Source: Novosphingobium sp. (lineage in GTDB: Bacteria; Pseudomonadota; Alphaproteobacteria; Sphingomonadales; Sphingomonadaceae). Taken from it: a stretch of 44,964 nt of DNA. Both the position numbers and the translations under genes were made by a program. The notes beneath the pieces were generated by a model. The model had not been told where the DNA came from. It saw nothing but the letters and a program-made list of their open reading frames with translations, and made no database searches. The stretch lies in contig JBEQCK010000005.1 of the NCBI GenBank assembly GCA_041639335.1, positions 1 to 44,964 of the forward strand, given 5' to 3'. This document shows, piece by piece, positions 30,151 through 37,566 of this stretch; position 1 is the stretch's first letter, and the number at the start of each line of letters is the position of its first letter.

Positions 30151-30434
30151 TTGCCCTAGCAGTCCTCGTTCGGATGCAAGGCACGGTCGATAGCGTCGGA
30201 ATCAACTTCGTGGCTCAATGACGGATCCTGCGTTTCTAAGCGGGCGTTTTGTGTCGAACAGCTGCTTGGACCGGTCACTGTCAGCGAGCACCGATCGACG
30301 TGCATTCCAGCGGAAAGCAGCGCAGGATTGCGCCAGATTGGACAACTAGGTAAAGTAAGCATATACCTTGTCAGGTCATCAACCAGCTCGCCTGTTGGTG
30401 CTTGAGAGACCCTCGCGCTCCCCGCTTTAACGGG

Positions 30435-30569
30435 ATGCAAGTTATGCCAATCCTACCTGTCATCGTGATCGTCGTTATCGGCATAGCTTTTGCCATGCTC
30501 CTTGCCGAAGCAGCATGCCGTAAATTCGTTTCACGAGAAAAACCAAAAGATACCGACACTTACGAGTGA
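30435..30569 (+). CDS. Possible 44-aa single-TM peptide
   Basis: Read by hand: MQVMPILPVIVIVVIGIAFAMLLAEAACRKFVSREKPKDTDTYE; hydrophobic core and charged tail, weak RBS. Confidence 0.35.
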   Translation: MQVMPILPVIVIVVIGIAFAMLLAEAACRKFVSREKPKDTDTYE

Positions 30570-30662
30570 CATCGGAACGTTCGCTTGGTAAGCAAGTTAG
30601 CTGAAAAGGCATTTAGGTCAGTTGTTGTTGGCCGTGCAAATGAGGCGGACAACCGAGGACCG

Positions 30663-30767
30663 ATGCAGTTACCCGATTGGAGCGCTGGGGAATGGGTGCT
30701 GGTTTTGGCGCTCACGGGCCTCGTGTGCGTGCTAATCGGCCTGCTTGTCACCCTGTCGATTGCCTGA
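30663..30767 (+). CDS. Possible 34-aa single-TM peptide
   Basis: GAGGA RBS then MQLPDWSAGEWVLVLALTGLVCVLIGLLVTLSIA. Confidence 0.45.
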   Translation: MQLPDWSAGEWVLVLALTGLVCVLIGLLVTLSIA

Positions 30768-30790
30768 TCGTCGGTCGCTCCGGCACGGCG

Positions 30791-30825
30791 AAAAAAATGG
30801 CCCCACCTCTAAAGAGGCAGGGCCA
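30791..30825 (-). terminator. Intrinsic terminator on the minus strand
   Basis: Minus strand TGGCCCTGCCTCT-TT-AGAGGTGGGGCCA followed by T7. Confidence 0.8.
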
Positions 30826-31112
30826 GTGTCAGAGCACGGGTTGTGCCCTTCGGGTCGCATCGCTCTCATACACGATTCTTCTGAAAAGTCCGTGAAGTAG
30901 CGCACGAAAACGGTCCATTGCGAAAAAGGGCTTACCTGCCTGTAGGCCATGGTGTTCGATTTGTGCGACGTCGCTCCGATCCGTCGGACAGATTTCAAGC
31001 AGTAACCCTCTTTTCTGCGCCCAAGCAAAGCCGTGTCTCCAATCGGTCGACCGAAAAAATATCGCGGAAAAATGCCCCACACACAGCACGAAGCTGCATG
31101 CGGGGCGGTCGT

Positions 31113-31397
31113 TCAGGTTAGATCGGCTGGCATTTCGGGGGCAAAGTACTGACCGCAATCACGGCGTCCCCAGTAAGGCCAGACAGGGTCACGCTCGATA
31201 TTGCGGCTCAGCGTGATCCCGGCATGCTTGCGGTCGAAGCCAAGGCAGGCAAGTGCTGCGATGATTTCCGGCCCGCGATCGATGCCTTCGTTGATGCACG
31301 CATTGATCATCGTCAGAGCGCGATCGTGACGGTTCACGCCTGATGCAACAAGTTGCCCATCTAGCGCCCGAAGGCGGTTGAACATGTCTTCCGTCAT
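31113..31397 (-). CDS. Hypothetical 94-aa protein, possible winged-helix, coupled to the integrase
   Basis: ATGA overlap with the integrase stop; residue spacing resembles the C-terminal domain of the ATPase at 32740. Confidence 0.7.
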   Translation of the reverse strand: MTEDMFNRLRALDGQLVASGVNRHDRALTMINACINEGIDRGPEIIAALACLGFDRKHAGITLSRNIERDPVWPYWGRRDCGQYFAPEMPADLT

Positions 31398-32554
31398 GCC
31401 GCCTTCCCCGTCAGATTGAGGTTACGGGCTCCAGCTTCCACGGCAGCGGCCAAGGTGGCATCGGCAATGGCAGCATACCTGGCCGTGCTTTCGGGTCGAA
31501 GATGACCGGCGATCTTGCCCGCAACGTGCAGGCTGACGTTGTTCGAGACCATCGCCCCGATGGCAGCGTGCCGCAGATCGTGGAAGTGCATTCCCGGCAA
31601 GCCAGCATCGTCTGTCGCCGTCTTCCAGGCCCGCTTGATTGTGTTGTAGGGCTTCCCCGTGGCAGGGTTGGCAAACATCCACTCGCAGCCTTCCTTGCGC
31701 GGTAGCGCCTTTACGACTTCCATTGCAGCCGCGCTAAGCGGTACTACGCGGGGGTGCCCGTTCTTGGTGCGCGCGATCAACCATTCGCATCGGTCCATGT
31801 TGACGTGCTCGAATTTGGCATCGAGAATTTCGCGCTTCCGTGCAGCTGTTGCCAAGGCGAACTGAACGATGGGCTTCAGCATCGTATTTTCCGACTTGCC
31901 GCATTCGGTGAGAAGGCGTTCGGCCTTTTTGGGCGACAGCAGGCACGTCCGCTTATTGTCATACTTCGGCCTCGCCACGGCCTCGACAGGGTTGAGATCC
32001 GAGCCCGGTAGCCGCCAGCCCTTCGCCAGTTTGTAACCTCGGTTCATGACCAGTCGCAGGCGATCGACAGAGGCCGGTGCGAGCCGCGCACGAAGCTTGG
32101 CGAAGTAGGTTTCGATCGCATGGGGTGTAACCTCGTCGATGCGATACCCCCCGAATTCGGGAATCAGATACTTGCGGTAGGACATCTCGACGCAGCCGTG
32201 AGACCGTATGTGCGCCTTGGCATGGGCGATGTGCATCTGCGCCAGCTCCTTGTAGGTGATCGTGCTCTTGCGGATGGCCTTGTCCTCGACAGGGTTGCCG
32301 CCGAGTACGACCTTGGAGCGCAATTCCTTGGCGGTGCGCTTGGCAACATCGAACGGGATATCTGTGTACCCGCCAATCTTGACCTGTGCGGCCTTCCCGT
32401 CAGGCTTGGTGTAGTAGAGCCAGTAGGTCTTGTTGCTCTGGCGCACTTCTAGCCCGAAACCGATGACCTCGGTGCAGCGGTAGACCTCCTTGCGCTTATG
32501 CGGTGGGCAGGTGATGTCCCGACAGAAGGCGGAAGTGAGTTTGATCTTGGCCAT
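31394..32554 (-). CDS. Tyrosine integrase with N-terminal arm-binding domain
   Basis: N-terminal GFGLEV...KTYW...KIG arm-binding pattern; catalytic R (AARKREI), K (TKNG), HDLRH, GH and ARY all present; RBS AAGGAA. Confidence 0.95.
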   Translation of the reverse strand: MAKIKLTSAFCRDITCPPHKRKEVYRCTEVIGFGLEVRQSNKTYWLYYTKPDGKAAQVKIGGYTDIPFDVAKRTAKELRSKVVLGGNPVEDKAIRKSTITYKELAQMHIAHAKAHIRSHGCVEMSYRKYLIPEFGGYRIDEVTPHAIETYFAKLRARLAPASVDRLRLVMNRGYKLAKGWRLPGSDLNPVEAVARPKYDNKRTCLLSPKKAERLLTECGKSENTMLKPIVQFALATAARKREILDAKFEHVNMDRCEWLIARTKNGHPRVVPLSAAAMEVVKALPRKEGCEWMFANPATGKPYNTIKRAWKTATDDAGLPGMHFHDLRHAAIGAMVSNNVSLHVAGKIAGHLRPESTARYAAIADATLAAAVEAGARNLNLTGKAA

Positions 32555-32739
32555 GGGGCCGTTTCCTTTCTTGAATGGTGTAAGTGATTGGGCCGCAGAG
32601 CAGCGCCCCGGCCCGCGAGGGGTCAGGTCCCGGAAGTGCCCGCGAAGGGCTCCAGGGTTACTCAAACGGCGATTTTGTTAAGCCCGAAGGCCGGGTGGAG
32701 CAGCGATCCGCCCCAGCCCGACCCGCAGGCTTGCGGACT

Positions 32740-34290
32740 TCAGGTTTGCAGCACCGCGTGCACCCCAACGTCGGGCGCGGGGTGCGCAGAGGTGAAATCC
32801 TGCGGCGGAGTGCCAGCCGCTCCGGCGATCGGTTCGCCAGAAGGTTCGGCGGGTGGCTGCAACAGCGCGTACACGAGTGCGCCACGAGCCTTTCGCTGCA
32901 CTGACCAGCGCGCAACCCCGGCCTCGGTGCCGGTGTATTTCTCGATCGCTCGAATGACGGCCCGCTGGGACGCACCGCAACGTTCGGCTGCCTCCTTTGC
33001 CAAGGCCATCTTGGCGAGCTGCTTGGCCTGGATCAGTTCTTCGATCGCCGCGATGACTTCGGCCTCGCCCTTCTCTTCCTGGACCTCCCCGAAACCCTTC
33101 AGCTCATCGGGAGCGACCAGCCGAAACGATGCTAGCCGTTCGGGATAGGTAGCGTCCTTGCCCTTGTCGTAGGCATAGTGCGCCAAGGGCACGTTGGGGC
33201 CACGAGACTTGATGCACTCGAACTCGATGACCTGCTGGTCCTCGAACCCCTCCACATCGATCGGCGTGATGATGTAGGCGGCGTCGAAGTCATCCCGCAC
33301 GTCGGTCGTCCCTGTGAACTGCAACTTGCCGTTGGCTTTGGGCTGTTTGTTCGTATGCGCGAAGCCCACGACCGTGCCGCCTGCACCGACAACAAGGCGA
33401 ACGGCTTCGGTCAGCTGGCTGGCGGCTGCCTTGTCCATCAACGAAGCAACCTTCTTCAAGGTGTCGATGATGACCACCACACCCTTGGCCCGTCCGCCCT
33501 TTGCCATGTCGGTCAGCAGCGCGGGCAGGTTTCGAGGAAGGAAGCCCTTCTGCCCCGGCACCAGCGTGTGGACGCCCAAGTCATCCATCAGCCGAAGTTT
33601 CGCTGCCACACCCTCCGAATTGTCATCGGCGTTGATGTAGTAGACGTTGCCGGGTTCCACGCGCCGTTCCATCACCGCGTCGTTGAGCAACTTCAACGCG
33701 GCCAGAGTCTTCCCCGCATTGGGCGGCGCGAACAGCACGGTGGCCTGTCCGGCGAGGGCAATCTCGCCCAACAGCGGCTCAGCCTTTATCGCGTTCTTCT
33801 CGAACTCGTCGGCCATGCCGCGCAGGGAATAGCGGTCCAGCTCCGTACCCTGGACCTCCAGCTGCAACGGCGTTGGCCGCAACTTCGTCAAGCCTTCATC
33901 GGATAGCACTGGCAACGCACCTTGGCGCGGCGGACGGGCAGGAAGCGATACTTCGTGTCCCGGTCGCCAAACATCGATGCCCTCGGGCAGTGCCAGCCGG
34001 TCTGGCAGGTCCGTCGCGGTCGGCAGACGGTAGGCGTAGTGACGTCGATCGTTCACCCGGAAAGCGAATGGCATTTCCAAGCATATCGATCGGCAAAACT
34101 CACCGAGCGCTTCACCGGCGATGTCACCCTCTGCGGTGACGATGACGACGCCCTCTGGAATGGCAGCGATGTGGCCGCCCGTGGTGTCTGGAGTGGCCTT
34201 GAACGGCGTAGCTGACCACGAAAGCGCAGGCACTGCGATGTCGGCAGCCTGGATCTTGGCGGTCGGTTCTTCCGACTCTGTTTCATTCAT
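32740..34290 (-). CDS. Replication-type protein: degenerate PrimPol-like N-domain, RecA-fold helicase-like ATPase, C-terminal wHTH-like domain
   Basis: Walker A APPNAGKT, Walker B VIIDT, AHTNK, KSR; N-terminal H-Y-x-Y-RLP and GIDV...P pattern. Confidence 0.75.
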   Translation of the reverse strand: MNETESEEPTAKIQAADIAVPALSWSATPFKATPDTTGGHIAAIPEGVVIVTAEGDIAGEALGEFCRSICLEMPFAFRVNDRRHYAYRLPTATDLPDRLALPEGIDVWRPGHEVSLPARPPRQGALPVLSDEGLTKLRPTPLQLEVQGTELDRYSLRGMADEFEKNAIKAEPLLGEIALAGQATVLFAPPNAGKTLAALKLLNDAVMERRVEPGNVYYINADDNSEGVAAKLRLMDDLGVHTLVPGQKGFLPRNLPALLTDMAKGGRAKGVVVIIDTLKKVASLMDKAAASQLTEAVRLVVGAGGTVVGFAHTNKQPKANGKLQFTGTTDVRDDFDAAYIITPIDVEGFEDQQVIEFECIKSRGPNVPLAHYAYDKGKDATYPERLASFRLVAPDELKGFGEVQEEKGEAEVIAAIEELIQAKQLAKMALAKEAAERCGASQRAVIRAIEKYTGTEAGVARWSVQRKARGALVYALLQPPAEPSGEPIAGAAGTPPQDFTSAHPAPDVGVHAVLQT

Positions 34291-34346
34291 GTTCTGTCCT
34301 TCTTGATAGGAAGTGCCCCCGCCGCTTGGCGGCGAGGGCGAAATTC

Positions 34347-34664
34347 TTACGCCGCAGCTTGGGCACGGCGTGTGCAAGCGAGCTGATGTTCAAAGATGGC
34401 AGGGAGCGCGCGCACTACCGATGGCTCTAACCAGGGAAGAAGGCGCGTCATCATTTCAGGGTGTGAGCAGCCCAGCTCACGCTGATCCTTGAGCATGACG
34501 TTGTGCGTCAGGCTCATGAGATACATCAACCCATGCTGATCGGTCGCTCGCTTGTGTTCGAGATACCGTTGCAGTAGTTCAGCTGCAATTGCGTCGGTAT
34601 CTCGAGATGTTACCAGCTGGTGAGAAATCACATGGCTGCGATTGTTAGACTTAGTCTTTTGCAT
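34347..34664 (-). CDS. Hypothetical 105-aa protein, first gene of the element core operon
   Basis: AAAGGG RBS, ATG, co-oriented with the ATPase and integrase. Confidence 0.6.
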   Translation of the reverse strand: MQKTKSNNRSHVISHQLVTSRDTDAIAAELLQRYLEHKRATDQHGLMYLMSLTHNVMLKDQRELGCSHPEMMTRLLPWLEPSVVRALPAIFEHQLACTRRAQAAA

Positions 34665-34782
34665 AGTTACCCTTTCTGGCCGCTTCGGCCCGGTCCGATG
34701 ACTCGCAACTACCTGCTCCGCTAATGCGGTGATGGAAGAAATCTCCTCAAGCGATGGATGTCGGCGTATAAGTCAGCGACTC

Positions 34783-34797
34783 ATCGGTTAATCCGAT
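34783..34797. promoter_or_regulatory. LysR-type T-N11-A palindrome
   Basis: ATCGG-TTAAT-CCGAT between the core operon and the divergent LysR-HTH gene. Confidence 0.5.
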
Positions 34798-34891
34798 CTT
34801 TGCAGATTTGAGGCCTGATCGAGCGGCGAGAGCGTGTCAGAATCTGAGAGCTGTCGGAGGTTCAAACGTTTATGAAGGTTTGGAAACTACA

Positions 34892-35272
34892 GTGCCTAAG
34901 AAAAGCGAAGACTCACTCGACACCAGTTGGATAGAAGCTTTCATCGCAACAGTGGAAAAATCTGGCTTCGAAAATGCTGCAACTCATCTGGGGTGCAGTC
35001 AAAGTACTATTACCACTCGTGTAGCGAAGTTAGAGAGCTGGGTCGGTTTCAGTTTATTCGACAGAAGCGAGAGGAGTGCCAAACTTAATAACAGAGGACA
35101 CCTTATTTATCAGGATTTTAAAGATATTCTGAAGGAAGTGTATGACGTTAGAAACGTTAGCTTTGACAATTTCGATAAATTAAAGAGTAGAGATCGCTTC
35201 CCAAAAATTTTGAATGATTGGGTCGAATTTTACAATTCTTACAACGTTGGCGGGATGAAAGATAAAGTTTAG
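34892..35272 (+). CDS. Short LysR-type HTH protein lacking the effector-binding domain
   Basis: WIEAFIATVEKSGFENAATHLGCSQSTITTRVAKLESWVGFSLFDRS; about 126 aa, AT-rich. Confidence 0.8.
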   Translation: MPKKSEDSLDTSWIEAFIATVEKSGFENAATHLGCSQSTITTRVAKLESWVGFSLFDRSERSAKLNNRGHLIYQDFKDILKEVYDVRNVSFDNFDKLKSRDRFPKILNDWVEFYNSYNVGGMKDKV

Positions 35273-35290
35273 TATCGATTATTGGAGTTT

Positions 35291-35324
35291 AGTGGTGGGA
35301 CGTTTAGGGAAACCTCCCACCACT
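35291..35324. terminator. Hairpin between convergent genes
   Basis: AGTGGTGGGAcGTTT-aggg-AAACcTCCCACCACT. Confidence 0.65.
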
Positions 35325-35328
35325 CTTG

Positions 35329-35568
35329 TCACGTGCTTCGGGTAAGCTCAACGACAAGCCCGGCTATGGTCACGATCGCCACCGGCACCGGGTAGCGCGA
35401 AAACAGGCCAATCATCAGCAACGTGACCACGAAGCCGCCCACCTCACGCGGATTGATTGCCAGCGCCGCGAGCAACGCCATGCCAGCGACGATGATCAGC
35501 GCCTTCGTCATTGCCGATACGAGTCCGACGACAACGAAGGCGAGCATCAACCAGCCGAGCAACTTCAT
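35329..35568 (-). CDS. 79-aa hydrophobic membrane protein
   Basis: GGAG RBS, ATGA overlap with upstream gene, almost entirely hydrophobic. Confidence 0.65.
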   Translation of the reverse strand: MKLLGWLMLAFVVVGLVSAMTKALIIVAGMALLAALAINPREVGGFVVTLLMIGLFSRYPVPVAIVTIAGLVVELTRST

Positions 35569-35939
35569 GGCTGGCACTCCCCACGCAAGGCGAGAAGTCC
35601 CGGCAGAACGCCACAGGCGATCGGGATCAGCAGGATGAAGGCAAAGCCCTCGTTGCCCACGGTATAGACCGCTTCCAGCCACCCGGCATGGCGTTCGATC
35701 CAATCAGGGTCCGGCTGGTGCCCCGGTCCATCGATGCGGCTATGTAAGGGCGAGAAGCCCAAAGCCTGGACAAGCAACTCTTCGGTATCGCCGGGTTCAA
35801 CGACGACGATCTGTGTCAGGTCCTGCAGGCCAAGGGCGATGGTGTCCTTGAGGCGGCCTGTCAGCAACGCATGCAGGCGAGTGTCCATTGGACGCGAAAG
35901 GTAGTCGATGACGGCTTCGTAGTCGGCCAGATCGATCAT
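35565..35939 (-). CDS. Hypothetical protein, paralog of 36008-36367
   Basis: GGAG RBS; shares PGD-x2-E-x-L-x2-AL and H-x-GW-x-E-x-V-x6-GF with its neighbour. Confidence 0.8.
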   Translation of the reverse strand: MIDLADYEAVIDYLSRPMDTRLHALLTGRLKDTIALGLQDLTQIVVVEPGDTEELLVQALGFSPLHSRIDGPGHQPDPDWIERHAGWLEAVYTVGNEGFAFILLIPIACGVLPGLLALRGECQP

Positions 35940-36007
35940 CGGATTCTCCACATACAAAAAAAGCGCCCTTGCGGACGCTGCGGTTGGATTGATTGGGCTG
36001 TTGCGCT

Positions 36008-36367
36008 TCAGACTTGCGCGAGAGCTTTCAGAAGGCGGGCATCTGTTGCCGGGTGCTTGGCGACGAAAAGGACAAGCCCGAAGCCATCATCGGACAGGAT
36101 GAAAACCAGCTCATGCCAGCCTTCATGTTCGTCATGGATTTCAGGCGGCAATGTGAAGTTTCCTTCTTCGTCCAGGATTGGCCGTCGTAAGGCTGCTTCA
36201 AGCTGTTCGACATGATCGCCCGGCTGGCACACCGCAAAGATGGCGATCTCCTCAAGCTCGAAGTCGGCCAGCCTTTCAGCATGGGCCGCAACAAGCGCGG
36301 CAACATCAGGGTCCGGCGGGTTTGCCAGAAAGGCCTGCAGGTCAGTGTCGTTGGTGATGATGAGCAT
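36008..36367 (-). CDS. Hypothetical acidic protein, paralog of 35565-35939
   Basis: GGAG RBS; same motifs as the neighbour. Confidence 0.8.
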   Translation of the reverse strand: MLIITNDTDLQAFLANPPDPDVAALVAAHAERLADFELEEIAIFAVCQPGDHVEQLEAALRRPILDEEGNFTLPPEIHDEHEGWHELVFILSDDGFGLVLFVAKHPATDARLLKALAQV

Positions 36368-36441
36368 GGGATGAGCTCCAAATGAAAAAGGCCCCCGGAG
36401 ACGATCCGGAGGCCCTGTGGATTGGGTGGTGGAAAAGCTGT

Positions 36442-36594
36442 TCAGAGCAGGAGGGAAAGCAAGGTCAGCGCCCTGAAGAGGAAGAACAGGACCATGAGCC
36501 CGATCACGCCCATGACAAAGCCTGCCACGGCTCTGCCGACAAACCTCTCAGGCTTCATGCGTGGTTCAATATGCCCGGCAGCAACGTCATTCAT
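36442..36594 (-). CDS. 50-aa membrane peptide
   Basis: Start overlaps the stop of the upstream gene; long hydrophobic C-terminal half. Confidence 0.45.
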   Translation of the reverse strand: MNDVAAGHIEPRMKPERFVGRAVAGFVMGVIGLMVLFFLFRALTLLSLLL

Positions 36595-37036
36595 CTTCGA
36601 AGTTTTCCATCTTGTCGATATGGCCACAGCGAAGACAGACCCAGAGCTCGTTGTATACTGCATACTTCTCTAAGTACTTTCGGTCTTCCTCTGCCCTCAT
36701 GCTGATGTACAACGGGATTCCAATCGCAGCAGGAATTATTAATCCAACGACGGTCTTCCAGAATGTAGTTGACGGTTCAAACAAGTATGCAAGCCCGAAT
36801 GCAATCAGAAGAGCCACACCTAGCGCACCGCACCCCACCGTTTCGCTATTTTTTGGCGGTTGTAGCTTTTCGGCTAGCCTCGATTGTATCTGGCCACTTG
36901 ATCGGCCAACCATAGGGCTGAGACCATCTGCATCGAGCCCGACACCGACGGAATTCATTGACCCCGAGGAGGTGCCCATTTCGTAGGCAAGAGACGCCTT
37001 CACGACGTTATCGGAATTACATTGATTGCACTTCAT
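36587..37036 (-). CDS. Membrane protein with split CxxC...CxxC zinc ribbon
   Basis: MKCNQC...two TM segments...CLRCGH; AGGA RBS. Confidence 0.75.
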   Translation of the reverse strand: MKCNQCNSDNVVKASLAYEMGTSSGSMNSVGVGLDADGLSPMVGRSSGQIQSRLAEKLQPPKNSETVGCGALGVALLIAFGLAYLFEPSTTFWKTVVGLIIPAAIGIPLYISMRAEEDRKYLEKYAVYNELWVCLRCGHIDKMENFEDE

Positions 37037-37204
37037 GTTCTGTCCTGTTGGCATGACTAAGGGCACCGCACCGGTTGGTACGGCGGAACAGACCGCTAAG
37101 GATTTTGCTGGTTCACGCTCCTGCCCCCGTTGAACTGAATCACGAGGGACAAATGACACGATTAGTATACAGACGCTAGCCACTGCTCTCGACCAAATCG
37201 CCGC

Positions 37205-37420
37205 ATGGATGCGGTCGTTCTCTTGGGTCTCAATGTCCGGAAATACCGGAAGCAGAGAGGCATGACCCAGGAGGAACTTGGTCTCGATACCGAGATGGAG
37301 CGCAGTTACGTCAGCGACCTCGAACGTGGCACCCGCAATCCTTCTGTGCGCGCCGTTGAGCGGCTGGCGAAGGCTTTGGGTGTTGCGCCCCATGTTTTGC
37401 TGATGCCGATCGAGGATTAA
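37205..37420 (+). CDS. XRE-family HTH regulator (controller-protein-like)
   Basis: LGLNVRKYR...MTQEELG...RSYVSDLERGTRNPS...LAKALGV, 71 aa. Confidence 0.9.
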   Translation: MDAVVLLGLNVRKYRKQRGMTQEELGLDTEMERSYVSDLERGTRNPSVRAVERLAKALGVAPHVLLMPIED

Positions 37421-37566
37421 GCCCTTTCGGCCTGTCCAAATAAGATGCTGAGTTTCCCGCGAGACTGTTTCGGATACTTGGAAGGCGAAACATTTTAGAT
37501 GCTTTGGCGCCATTGCCACTCGCTTGATACCTTCACTTTCTCCCATTATCGTGGCATCAAGAGAAC

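Noticed and set aside
30732-31158. ORFs of 109-116 aa downstream of the 94-aa gene
   Set aside because: No ATG with RBS, atypical composition, and one runs through a strong terminator
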